Assembly: GCA_964016885.1 (NCBI GenBank)
Contig: OZ024743.1
Span: forward strand, 308,512,001 to 308,576,000
Direction: 5' to 3'
Length of the DNA stretch: 64,000 bases
From: Eledone cirrhosa
Taxonomy: Eukaryota
This document shows, in pieces, positions 10,701 through 22,862 of this stretch. The notes below the pieces were generated by a model. That model did no database searches and was not told the DNA's origin. It saw only the letters and a list, made by a program, of their open reading frames with translations. Made by a program: the position numbers and the translations under genes. Within the stretch, counting starts at the first letter, position 1. The number at the start of each line of letters is the position of its first letter.

Positions 10701-13700
10701 TAACACCCACATTCCCTGCTAGCAAAGATTGGACCAGTCTACATAGACCAAGTCAGTACTGAAGTAGGGCTTCTGACCTCCAAGACAGGCTGGGGATCTG
10801 TCGTCTCGCTTATGTACAATCTCACATTCTACTGAGTACACAACAGAGGTTATCATGTCTTTGATACAACTGAAGGGTCTTCCCAACCCTTTGTTTGGCA
10901 TGCTTTCTACAACTGGATGCCCTTCCTGTCATCATATATCTAAATACACACACACACACATATATATATATCTAATTATTAAGGCCAGTTATTACAATGG
11001 CGCCATACCAAGCATGTACATTTCATTAGTCCTGAGGACCAACTTGTTCAACCTGTACCGATGAAAATATTGAACAAGTTGATCCTCGTGACTAATGAAA
11101 AGCATATACCTGGTATGACACTGTTGTAGTAACTAGCCTTAATAATTATATTTAAACTCACCATACAGACTTGAGTTGTTCTATACCTTGGATATCTTTA
11201 CCAACCTACTAATACTACTGTATATACATATATATATATACAGAAGACCTGACTTCCCACAGGTACAAACTGAAGTATATAGACAGTATGTCCCCACCAC
11301 CTTCCCACTATAAAGTGGTCATATAGGTGTCACGACAAAAAAATCACCTAGTCCACACTGTAATAAGCATCCAGTACTCACTGTAAATGAGGTTGGTGCT
11401 AGAAAGGGCATCCAGCCGTAGAAACCAAGCCATAATCAGTCCTGTTTGAACAACACACGGTCACCTGACTTGACATTACCCACAACAGGACAACTCGTCT
11501 AACCTATGCTAGCATAGAAGAATGGATGTAAAACGGTGAAGATGATGAGGTAAAATTCCGTTATAACGAATACAGATTTTTCAGTATAACAACATTTTTT
11601 TAGTCCCCGAGGTAATAACAAACACTCGATTTGTTTTTGCCGATCTCGTTATAAAGAATTTTTCGTTATTTTGTCGAACTCGTTATAAAGAAATTTTCGT
11701 TATAACAGAATTTCACTGTATATATAGATATTCATTCTTATATTTTGTCTATTGAGATTCAGATTTTTTAAAAGTATTTTTTTTTGTATTTCATAAAAAC
11801 TAGTTACATGTACAGTATAGAAATTAACTCCAAATGGTAAATGGTAATGAAAACAAGAGCAATACTGTAGAACACTTAAAAACAAGTTGTTAAAAATAAT
11901 GTAAGAGAAGACCAATGAAACTATGTTTTCATTGGTGATACCATCTGGTAGAATATTGACAAAGGGCGGAGGAAATCATGAGAGTAAACAGCCACCCAAT
12001 AGTGGGTACATATATACATATTGCATCTGTTCAACATGCCACTCAGCAAACTGATGACACGCAATATATCCTTCTTCAAGCTGAACACCTAGCCTCCCTC
12101 AGTTCGAAGACCGACCTGTGTGATTAAAAATCACATCCGGCACGAGGTGCCTCGAATATGCCTATCATGGAATAGTCTTGCAGTACAGGTCGGATCTAGA
12201 GGAGTAAACCTCAATAAAAATCCTGCAGTAGCTTATGTGGCAACCATCAGTTTAATTAGATGACCTCGGCATCATGAACACCAGTGGCTTCGAAGATGAT
12301 TAACAATTAATTCGACAATGGATTGGCACAATTGGTCCAGTTAGCAGAGAAATGTTTGAGTATGCATATATTCTAGGTATTAGAAAAAGCAAATGCTTCA
12401 TCATCGATGGAGGGATGACTCAAGAAGATCTGTTGAAATGAGGCTGCATCAGAGAGCACACTAATCTCATCCTAACAATTTAGCAATTCCACCAATCCCC
12501 CACCCCTGGCTTGATACCTTATTTAGGATGAAAGGCAAAGTTAATCCCAGCAAGATTTGATCTCAGAGCACAATGAACCAGAACAAACACAGTAATTTAA
12601 TCCAACACTCTAAAAACTGCCAATTCATTGCCTAAAATAAAACTGCAATTGAAAAAAAAGGAATTAATACCAGATACATTATGCTTATTTAGAATAGAAA
12701 AACAAGGTAAAATTGTTTCAACAAAATCCAGGATTTTAAAACATTTTTCCTTACGACATGCAGAGACACAGTATATTTATTAATATTAATATATGGCCAG
12801 ATGCTGTTCTTGCAAGTAACCCTTTTAGTCACCACTTACGACATACAGGGATACAATGTATCTATAGCAACCAGATACACTCAGCTTTCTAACCTAAAGC
12901 TAGAGGGGATAACTAGTGGACGTTAAACGAAGATGATGATGATGATGATGATGTTTGTCAATCATTCAGATATGACATAGGGTTACCAAATAAATTAGTA
13001 ACTGACCTAACCTTAAAAACTGTATTCTTGATGTTTTTCTACTTTCTATGTAGTTTGAATGATAGTGAAGTCTTGTGTTGTTCATAAATGTTTGTTTAAA
13101 AAAAAAAATTATTTTACTAAAAAAAAAAAAACCTGGCACAGCAACTGTAGCTGTGTAAAATACACGCAGCAGTTAACAGGTTAATATGCCTTTTGTTTCC
13201 AGTAAATGACTTCTGATTCAGTCAGTTTTATTGGTGGTTGCTCCTCTCAGGACGAGCTTATCTTGACAGCTAGTTTTACTTATTTCAACGTCTTTCTCCG
13301 TAACCATCCAAAAGCCAAAGAGGCAAACAACACTCCTGCTACTTCCTACTTCCCTTTTATGTAATGTCACTGGCCTTTATACTTCCAGCTCCATGACTTC
13401 ACTGACCCTTCTGCTTTCAGCATGGCCCTCCAGCCCCATGACTTCACTGACCCTTCTACTTCCAACAAGACCCCAGCCCCACAGTTCTGGAGTGGCTTTT
13501 CATTTGTATATAAAAAGCTCTGAAAAAGGATACTTTGATTAAACCTGCTGCTGTCATTAAGCTGAAAGGTGGCATATACAATCCAATTGAGACATAACGG
13601 TTGGTAGCTGGCATTAAGTAGAAGAAGAAGGATTGATGGAATCTCTCAAGAAGATTATTGAGACTACGGAATATTCCTTCCACAATTCTGGAATTAAAAA

Positions 13701-16700
13701 AAAAAAGAAAAGAAAAAGGAAGAAATTAATTAAATTATAATTTCTAATTTAATTATAAGGTAATCAATATGGAAGGAGAAAGTTGATTATTTCAATACAA
13801 GTAAATGACTGATACTTTATTTTATGAAGGATGGTATCAATTGGTTTGCTAACAAAAAACTTAATATTGCTGGTGATGAAGACCAACTCCAGACAGTTTT
13901 ATATCATAAGACCCTGCCATCCATATAATTCTCACATCCTAACACTCCAGCCTTCACTAGATAAGTACCTCTCACAACAGGACAACTCATTGGCATGGAA
14001 AAATGGACATGTGATGATGAAGATGATGAACAAGGATGGTATCAAGTAGTTTACTAATAAAAGGCTTAATAATGCTGGTGATGGACACCAACCCCAGGCA
14101 GTTTTATATAATAGAACCAGGATGGTATAATGTGGTTTAATAAAGTTGGTGATCTAATCAAAGTACTTACCGACCAGTTACCATTAAATCTGATGTCTTC
14201 TGCCCATAAACTCGGGATACACCTTGAAGGGTGACAGCTTCGATATGGTAGCGATGGAAAAGTCCATGGTTTCCAGAAGGAGATCCAGATGCCTGAGTTT
14301 TCATCATACGCAACATAGTCAGTAGTGAATGTTTGAATCCATTCAGTGAGTCCGGATCATAATAGTCAAACTGAACAGTAAAGAATGTTACTGGATTAAA
14401 TCCACAGAGAAAACTAAGGATGTTACTGGATTAAATTCAAGAAGAAAACTAAGAAAGTTGCTGGGTTAAATCCATGGAGAAAACTAAGAGTACTTGACTG
14501 AAAAATTAACATTGTCGTTGACTAATATATTTTTTTTCTTGTTAAATATTTATTTCTGAAGGTGGTAAGTTGGCACGTTAGAGTAGCAGACAAAATACTT
14601 TGCTCTATTTTATATATCAACTAACTCTGTAAAATGTTAGCGATGGTGCCATGATAAAATGCACCCAGCCCACACTGTATAGAGGTAATTCTGGTGGCAT
14701 GGAAAAATTCATCCAGCCAACACTGAAATGAGGTAGTTCTGGTATTGTGAGAAAATATCCAGTCTGCCCTGTCAGGTTGTAGTGGTGGTGTCATGAGAAA
14801 ACTAACTTGGTACATGCTGAGAAGTGGTTGATGTTAGGAAGGGCATCCAGTCATAGAAAACCATGTCAAAATGGAACGTATGAGCAAGACAGTCATCTGA
14901 TCTGTCAAGCCTTAGAACATGACAACCTGTGTAGAAAAGCAAGTGTAGAAAATAGATGTAAAATGATGATGATAATATATAGATACTTTAGATAGGTTTC
15001 ATTTTACAACTTTCATTGAGACTGTCACCTCCTTGACATGGTTGTAAAGCTCTCTCAAACATTTTGGCATGGTTTCTACAACCAGATGCCCTTTTAACAC
15101 TAACCACTTTACAAAGTGTACAAGGTGCATTTTATTATGGCATCAGAATTAGGGAAGTTGTCTTGACTAAAGAGTACTCTTATGTTAATATAAACTTCCC
15201 TATAGATTTTAATGTCTATGATATTCCAGAATTATTTCATTTCTAAACAATTCAATTGCCATACGCCAACAAATATATAAATATTGTAGATTTGCTTTAA
15301 ATTCTGATTATATTGAAGTATTTAAAAATAATAACAAGACTGTACACAAGCGAGATAACAGACCCCTAGCCTGTCTGGGAGATCAATACCCCTACTTCAG
15401 TACTGACTTGGTCTATGTAGACCTGTCCAACCCTTGCTAACCGGGAATGATGATGAATGAATCTATTTCTCCTCTTCTTAAAATGATCAACAAAATCTCA
15501 GACTTCATTCACTTACTGAGTAGGGTAAAACTTGTCAAATCAAACCAAGGAAACAATGCTTCCATTTGTCTTTCTATTGCTGATATTATCTACCAATAAC
15601 TCTTGACAAAAGAGCAATGTGAAATTAAGTGCCATGCTCAAGGACATAATGCATCACTCCGCCCAAGACTGGAACTCACAACCTCATGATTGTGAATCCA
15701 ACTCTTTAACTAGTAAGCCACACACCTTCACTATGAACAAATAATCAGTGTAAAAATCTCCAATATTAGTGCATTCTATATGTGTAAACATATCATTTTA
15801 CATCAGCTTCCTTTGCTGGCATCGACGGATTATCAGGGACCCAGACTAGACTAGGCAAGAAACAAGATTTTGCTGTTATGTCCCATATTTGGAATGGTTT
15901 TTAATGTTGGATGCACTCTCTAACACCAACTGCTTTATGGAATGTACTGGTTGTATTTCACTGTGGCACTAGCACTACACCTGTACAGCATGTACTGGAT
16001 GCATTTTACCACGTCAGCAGTACAAGCACTTTACAGAGTGTAATGGGCACAATTTATCATAGTACCAGAACTAGAGAGGTTGTCATGTATGCGTCATGAC
16101 TGAATAGTTATGTCTTCCTTGCATTATTTCCATTCAATCCCCAACCACTTTACAGAATTACTGAAGTAGTAAAAAGGTTTATAATAAAGAAATAAAGGAA
16201 CAAACAAGTGTATCAAATAAGACTGAATGATGTCAAACTACCTGGTTGTGCAACCTCACAGAATCCCCTTCACGCCGGCAAAGACGCACAACTAGATTGA
16301 CAAGGTCAAGGTTTGGCAGCTGTCCATTGAGGCCTTCCATCTTGATGTTGTAATAAGCCACTTTGTCAAGAGGGATCTCTAAATTAAGAGCAGCTTGAAT
16401 TGATCCACTTCGACCCCACAAAGTTCCGGGAAAAACATCTGGAAAAACACAAATTTTATAAAAAAATCATCATCATCATCGTTTTTACATCGACTTTTCC
16501 ATGCTAGCATGGGTTGGATGGGACTTTTTGAGGTAATGTTTTACAATTGGATGTCCTTTTTTGATACCAAACCCTTTAGCTGCTTCTTATGACATGCAAA
16601 GATACAGTGTACCCATTATAAACCAGATACACATGGCCTTATACCAAAAAATATATGTGTATATATAAAGATAAGACAAATATGTATGTATAAATATATA

Positions 16701-19700
16701 TCCGTATTTTAACCATATACATGGCTTTATACAAATATATATGTATGTATTTTAACCAGATACACATGGTTATATACAACAAATATCATATATATGTATA
16801 AATACTTGAATGTATTTCACCACCTTCACATTTCTTGTCTATACACTACTGTGAGATACATTAAAACATTGTATGTGTAGAGATATATGTTGTGTGTGGT
16901 GATGTGTGTATAATTGTTTCTGCATGTATATATGTGTGTATATGTATACATGTGCAGTTATATATGTATGGGTATATCAATGTGTAGTTTTGAGTGTGTG
17001 TGTGAGTTAGCAAGCAGATGACAATGTGAATACACTATTCTTTTTATCCTAACATCCATTTGCTAAAAATGCTCATACAGATCTGTATTTTGGCTGCCCT
17101 TGATAATGCCAACCGCATTAGTGTGGACCAGGTACTTTTTATCATGGCACCAAAACAATCACCTTACAGGGTGGGTTGGGTACTGCCTCTTGTTATGTTA
17201 CCAGCATGAGCATCTTACAGCGTGGACTGGGTACTTTTGCTGTTGGGGCACCAGACCACCATACAGGGTGGACTAAATGCTATTTTTGTCATGGCAGCAT
17301 CATTGTGGGAGAGTAAGGTTATAAATCAAAGTAATAAGCAAGTGAAGCTTACTCACATTTGGAAGACTGTACTTGGTGATATCCATCAAGCCATGCTTCT
17401 ATACCAATATGTTCATGTTGTGTCAGTAGGAAAATGATATCTTTGGCCCAGAATGTGTGTTCTGAAATAGTTAAAAAAATCATCAACATGTATTTAATAT
17501 AAAAGAAAGTGATGGAAACGAATATGACAAGTAACACATGAAGAGGAAGACCAAGAAAGATATGGCTAAAGATGATGGAGGAGGAAATGAAAACCACGGG
17601 GTTGGTGAGGGGGATTGTGGACAAAAGAGCAAAATGGAAAAGCTTGTTATGGGGTCTGCAAGGCTGTTGTTGTATTCAATATAAAAGTATATGTTAGGCC
17701 TATTCTAGCTTCTGTTTTCAGAGCAACCTCCCCCATTGCTATTTATAAATTTGTATTTCTCCTAAGAATGCAGGGAAGAGAAAAAAAAAAAACATTGTAA
17801 TATCTGTTCCACATGCTGACACAGGTTAGAGAAGGTGTCACAGTTTGTGACTGGATGGGTTGGATGAGCCCATCTTGCTCATGACATGGTTTCTACAGTT
17901 GGATGTCTTTCCTGATGCCAACCACTTTCAAAAGTAGACTGGGCACATTTTACCATGGCACCAACACTACTCTTTACAATGTACTGGGCACTTTTTATTA
18001 TGGCACCAGCACTACCACTTTACAATGTACTGGGCACATTTTATTATGGTATCAAGACTATCAATCTACCAAGTGTACTGGGTCATTTTATCATGACATT
18101 GCAATAAAACAACACAATAAATGTTAAATATCAGACTCTAAATCAGAACTGTAAATGGTAAGCACATATATTTGGACCTCAGCTACTAATTTATTCAAAA
18201 GATAAACTTACTTTTGAAGAACTTGGTTAAAGCCAGCATGAGAGCTATTCCTCCACTGGTATCTGTCAGTGTTTTTGAGATCATATTCTTTGACCGGATA
18301 GGGACCGAGAGAACTACTGCTTCTGTACTTGAAGCACGAGGAGCCCTTAAAATAGCATAAACATTTTGACCAGGAACTTTCTGAAATGAAACAACATTTA
18401 TATTGAAAAAAAAATTTACTAACCCCTGTCAACATGTAAGGTGAGCATAAAATGATGATGTTGATATATTTATACTGAAATAAAGCTATATGCCACAAAG
18501 CATGTTATCCAACGCTCTACCGACTACTGCCAATCCACCATAATAATGGTTTCTTATTCAGGCACAAGGCCAACAATTTTGGAGAAGGGGAAAGTCAATT
18601 AAATCGATCCCAGTGCATTACTGGTGCTTTATTCTTTCGACCTCATAAAGATGAAAGGCAACGATAATCCCAGTGGGATTAGAACTCAGAATGTAAAGGG
18701 CCATGACTATGCTGCAAAGCATGTCAGACGCGCTACCAATTACTGCCAATCCACCATAATAATAAATCCTATATTTCACAAAGCTCCAACATTAGACAAC
18801 AGCACTTAGAAACACTATCATTTTTTATTGAGATGCAGTCAGAAAGCTATTTTGTAGTAAAAAAGAATGCCTTGTTACTGCTAATGCAGTTTTGTGCAGT
18901 ACAGGACATTAAGAGTTATATAATAGAGATTTTACAATTCAGCTACATGTTTAGATATGAAGACATACACACATATATACATATATAATTGTTTCTATTT
19001 TTAGCACAAGGGCAGCAATTACCCCAGTGCCTTACTGGAACTTTATTTTATCGACCCTGTAAGAAAAGGCAAATTTGGGATTTGAACTCAGAATGTAAAA
19101 GGTCATAACTTTGCTGCAAAGCATGGTGTCTGATGCTCTACCGATACTGCCAATTATCACCATTTAATATCCGTTCTTCCAGGCTGATGATGGGTCTCCA
19201 CAGTTTCCATCAACCAAATTCCAGTCACAAGGCATTAGTCAACTCAATGCAAAAGTAAAAGACACTTGCCCAAGGTTCAATGCAATGGGATTGAACCTGA
19301 AATCATGTGGTTCTGAAGAAGTAAAACCTTTTAACAAACATGATCATGTTTGTGCTAAAATAAAAATTGATTAAGTCAACAAATAACCACAAATTCCATA
19401 ATTACCTGGTCACCAAGCAGGTGTAGAAGGTATTGTACAGAATAATTACCTGGTTACGAAGCAGCTGTAGAGGATAACAGAATAATTACCTGGTCACCAA
19501 GAAGCTGTAGAGGATATTGAACAGAATAATTCTGAAAATAAACTTCTAACCCAAGTTCTTCAAACTTTGAAAAGAGCCAGTCACGTAACAGCAGACTACA
19601 AATATAAGAGAGAGAAAGATCTCTGATCAACAGCAGATATTTTGAGTGGGAGAGATATAGCATTGTTACAATGTGGGAGAGTCATGTTGGCAATTAAAAT

Positions 19701-21694
19701 ACATGCACCTGTTGTTTCACTTTAGTGTTTATGATTAAATAAGTAATTAATCTATCAGTCAAGGAACATGGCGTAGTGGTTAGGATGTTGGACTCACAAT
19801 CATAAGGTTGTGGCTTCACTTCCTCGAGACAGCAGGGTATTGTGTTCTTGTGCAAGACATGGCCGTTTATCATTAAAACAGCCAAGAAACTACCTTTAAG
19901 ATGCAGCCTTGTAAAAGGCCAACCAAATCTACATGGGTGCTGTCTGTAAATTTAATTTAATTCAATTTCCAATGAATCCATCCATCCATCACTTGGTTTA
20001 TCAACCAATCAGCTAATTAATTGTCAAAGCCCTTTCATCACACAGTCTGGGACCTTATTGATTACTTTTTTTACTCTGTTTTTGCTTTTTTACCTTTTTT
20101 TTTTTGTTCCCTTTAACCTCTGTATTTCCTCTCCATCTTCATAACTGTACTTCATTTTTGTCTTGGTTTTGTCTGGCCTATCCAATAGACCACATTCATC
20201 TACTAAGTTAAATAACTGCTATTTTTAACATTTAAATTGTCAATTGCCATACAACTTTCACAGTACTATCATCGTCATCATCATTTGTTGGCATGGGTTG
20301 GACGGAGTGTTACAGGCTAAGTGCCCTTAAACAGGTGGCAGGATGTCTTATTTATGTTGCAGATTTGGCATGGTTTTTATAGCTAGATACCTTTCCTTAG
20401 GCCAACCACTTTATCGCATGTACTGGGTGTATTTTACAGTAGCACCAGCACTAAAGAGGTGATTAAGTCCTTAAAACAACTGAGAGTACTCTCTAGCTAT
20501 TTGACATGGTTTCTACAGTTTGATGCCCTTCCTAATAGTGTACTGGGTACATTTTATGGTGGCATCACCACTAAAGTTGTCTAGTCTTTGACACAACTAA
20601 AATGCCCTTTGTAACCATTTGACAAAATTTCTATAGCTAGATCACCTTCCTAATAATGCCAACCACTTTACAGAGTGTACTATATTCATTTAAAATGTAT
20701 TCTATTCTCTTCAACCAGAAACAATACAGCTTTAAGAGAAAGATGGCACAGTGTGTTTATTCTCTGGAAGTTATCAATATGGAGACCAGAATTTAAGAGA
20801 AAGGTGGTACAGTGTATTTATTCCCTTGAAATTATCGATATCGGCCTAGAATTTAAATAAAAAGAAGAAAATTTAAACTAACCTTTTGTCTTTCTCCATT
20901 GCCTTTTTTATTTCATTCTTGTAAAACTTGACATCAGATTCAGAATAAAAGTTACCTTCTACTAAACCTGTAAAAGAAGAAAAATAATCTTAATCAGGAT
21001 TATTTAACTCTTTTGATACTGTATTTCTAAGGGATGTAGCTAAGTTGTAAGAGAGTTGGATTCACAATCGTGAGGTTGTGAGTTCAATTCCCAGACCAGG
21101 CAATGCATTATGTTATTGAGGAAAACACGTTATTTCATGTTGCTCCTTCTATTAGATAGTATCAGCAATGGAAACATTGTTTCCTTGGTCCAATTTGATG
21201 TGTCCCACCATCACTCGGTAAGCAAATGAGGTCTGATGATTTCGAAAGAAAGCCAATGTGTTTCAATTAATTAAAAATTTGGAAGCATTCACATCCTTCC
21301 TCAACATATGACCCAACCATTTCATTCTATTTCTCTTCACAACATTCCTCACTGGCTCTATTCCCATCATCCAGTCACTTTCATCCTTCCTCAACACATG
21401 ACCCAGCCATCTCATTCCATCTTAATATCAAAATAAACTGATATTAACACAACAACAATCATAATTGTGATTTAAATCTCAAAATTCCTCTGCAATAATC
21501 AAGTACATCAGTTAAAACTTACCAGGTAATAAGGCATTTTCGGAAAAGTATGTTCCTGCATTAAGATTGATATAAGCTAATCCAAAAAACCATACTAATC
21601 CAGAGATATAAAAGAGGGCACATAGACGGTTATTATAGCGGGAGATTATACGAACAAACCGCCGTCTCTGCCGAGGATCAGTCAGAAGCCCCAT
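7453..21694 (-). CDS. GPAA1: GPI-anchor transamidase component GPAA1/Gaa1, 12 coding exons: join(21523-21694, 20883-20967, 19490-19595, 18212-18380, 17357-17461, 16242-16438, 14171-14370, 13534-13687, 10033-10329, 9120-9316, 8657-8833, 7453-7750); 2157 nt, 718 aa
   Basis: Family motifs in collinear order: [112 protein letters not shown], then a multi-TM C-terminus. All exon phases join without a stop. Ten introns are GT-AG and one is a U12-type GT-AT. Confidence 0.95.
8657..8833 (-). CDS. GPAA1: GPAA1 coding exon 11
   Basis: ttttcag|KPHEF...[11 protein letters not shown]...[18 protein letters not shown]|gtaagt; 177 nt. Confidence 0.9.
9120..9316 (-). CDS. GPAA1: GPAA1 coding exon 10
   Basis: ttcaacag|[28 protein letters not shown]...WLFFPRFIS|gtaagt; two TM segments; 197 nt. 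Confidence 0.88.
9502..9843 (+). mobile_element. tRNA-derived SINE with CORE-like middle and RTE-derived (GAT)n tail
   Basis: A box TGGCTTAGTGG (9508), B box GAGTTCAATTC (9551), CCTTGAGCAATACACTT, tail gatgatgat, possible TSD aacttt. Near-identical head at 62797. Confidence 0.85.
10033..10329 (-). CDS. GPAA1: GPAA1 coding exon 9 (AISLW followed by a long Glu/Lys/Asp-rich loop)
   Basis: Starts GCC ATT TCG TTG TGG after CCTTAACATACTCTAT; donor GAG|gtaaat; 297 nt, phase 0 to 0. Confidence 0.8.
10973..11148. mobile_element. Fold-back MITE with 79-bp imperfect inverted arms
   Basis: Arms 10973-11051 and 11070-11148 (taattattaaggc...gccttaataatta) with an 18-nt spacer. Confidence 0.8.
11239..11719. 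mobile_element. Tigger/pogo-like MITE interrupted by an RTE 3' fragment (about 11244-11550)
   Basis: The right TIR reads TA-CAGTGAAATTCTGTTATAACGAA on the minus strand. The left counterpart TAAAATTCCGTTATAACGAA at 11552 lacks its first bases, and TACAG lies just before the insert. Confidence 0.55.
13385..13480. repeat. ~45-bp tandem repeat, about 2 copies
   Basis: ccagc(t/c)ccatgacttcactgacccttct occurs twice, close to the U12 donor. Confidence 0.7.
13534..13687 (-). CDS. GPAA1: GPAA1 coding exon 8
   Basis: ttccag|[51 protein letters not shown]|GTATCCTTT (U12 donor); 154 nt. Confidence 0.93.
14171..14370 (-). CDS. GPAA1: GPAA1 coding exon 7
   Basis: gttcag|[50 protein letters not shown]...VTG|gtaagt; 200 nt; not in the ORF track. 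Confidence 0.93.
14385..14490. repeat. 35-bp tandem repeat x3
   Basis: gttactggattaaatccacagagaaaactaag-like unit three times, next to the exon 7 acceptor. Confidence 0.75.
16242..16438 (-). CDS. GPAA1: GPAA1 coding exon 6
   Basis: ttccag|[20 protein letters not shown]...[20 protein letters not shown]...LHNQ|gtagtt; 197 nt. Confidence 0.93.
17357..17461 (-). CDS. GPAA1: GPAA1 coding exon 5
   Basis: atttcag|[34 protein letters not shown]|gtgagt; 105 nt. Confidence 0.93.
18212..18380 (-). CDS. GPAA1: GPAA1 coding exon 4
   Basis: tttcag|[27 protein letters not shown]...[13 protein letters not shown]|gtaagt; 169 nt. Confidence 0.93.
19400..19530 (-). repeat. 40-44-bp triplication spanning the GPAA1 exon 3 donor
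   Basis: aattacctggtcaccaag..gtagagg..acagaat unit three times. Confidence 0.85.
19490..19595 (-). CDS. GPAA1: GPAA1 coding exon 3
   Basis: tttgtag|[35 protein letters not shown]|gtaatt; 106 nt. Confidence 0.88.
20883..20967 (-). CDS. GPAA1: GPAA1 coding exon 2
   Basis: ttttacag|(G)[27 protein letters not shown]|gttag; 85 nt; links phase 1 to phase 2; not in the ORF track. Confidence 0.88.
21523..21694 (-). CDS. GPAA1: GPAA1 coding exon 1 (exon begins at 21700, ATG at 21694)
   Basis: ttttgcag acceptor 6 nt before the ATG; [13 protein letters not shown]...[10 protein letters not shown]; donor G|gtaagt; phase 1. Confidence 0.93.
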
Positions 21695-22464
21695 GTTAGT
21701 CTGCAAAATTAAAGAAAAAATAGAAAAAGAGACAAACATTTAAATAATAGTGATGTTATTACAAAAATAGATACCAGTTTAGTTTATATGAAGCATTGTG
21801 AAAATTGTTTTGGAGAAGCCAGTATAATGTAAGTTAGAAATAAAGGAGTGAAAACAAGGGTAAACTATTGTGTATTGGACCTGCAACAGCTGTTCTGACA
21901 ATGGTACAGCCAGTGCATGAAATTAACATGCTGAGTATACCACAGACACATGCACCTTTAATGAAGTTTTCAGGGAAATTCAGCATGACAGTGTGTGGCA
22001 AGGCTGGTCTTTTAAATTATAGATACAATTCATTTTTCTTCAGCTGAGAGTACTGGAGTAACATGAAATAAAGTGGCTTGCTCCAGGATACAACACATTG
22101 CGACCAGGTACTGAACTTTAGACTTTTAACCATCATGAGCACACTAAACACTAAGCTATACATCTTCACCAAGGTTAAAGTAAGAGAAACAAATCAACAG
22201 TTTACACTTACATTATATTTCATATTTCAAGGTTATGATTCTTTTACAAAAATAGCATGTGATGGTAATAGTGAGTTCAGCTCTGTACAAATAATGGGTT
22301 AGAAGGATGGGGACTTGAACACACTAGTAGAGTCATTATTGTCTATTGGTTTCATGTAACTAACAATGTACTGGCTTTCCTCAAACAATCCTAACCATAT
22401 ACCAATTTGATTTAGTTGTGTTTACTACTTGATCAACAATTCTAGTTGTTCTTTTACAATCAAG

Positions 22465-22862
22465 AGTTAACCTTTACATAACCCATATTTCTGATGGAAG
22501 ACACTGCCTATGATTTTCATATTGTTTAAAAATAATCAAGAATTTTGATGAATTTAGAAATATAACCAACCTTTTCATTAAAAGGTTTTTATATAAAAGT
22601 ATGATGGAAGGTTTTAATTTACCATATTTCTAATGATAGTCACTACCTATGATTTTCAAATAATGTTTAAAATATACAAAAATTCAGGGGGATTTAGAAA
22701 TGTAACTCATTGTTAAGCTGGTATTTGGAACATAACTTCACAAAAGTTTGTACAGAAAATTGTGATGAAGGATTTTTAGATAAATATAAACACTTTAAAA
22801 TAAACAACTTTGCATTACAGAACCAGGGTCAGTTTCTGAGGGTTCGACCTCAAAGGGGTTAA
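22465..22862. mobile_element. TTAA-bounded (piggyBac-like) non-autonomous element
   Basis: ttaacctt...aggggttaa ends. The body (aagctggtatttggaacataac...gaaggtttttagataaat...agaaccag) recurs at 8520-8640, 9850-9996, 27520-27793, 57479-58170 and 63230-63410. Confidence 0.55.

Larger units (their letters stand above)
10330..13533 (-). other. U12-type (minor spliceosome) intron of GPAA1 with apparent GT-AT termini, 3204 nt
   Basis: 5' end GTATCCTTT; branch point CCTTAAC at 10345-10339, with the branch A 10-11 nt from the exon; no polypyrimidine tract and no in-frame AG nearby. Confidence 0.85.

Noticed and set aside
21234-21250. CTGATGATTTCGAAAG hammerhead-like core
   Set aside because: No stem II, no stem I or III pairing and no NUH triplet in position.
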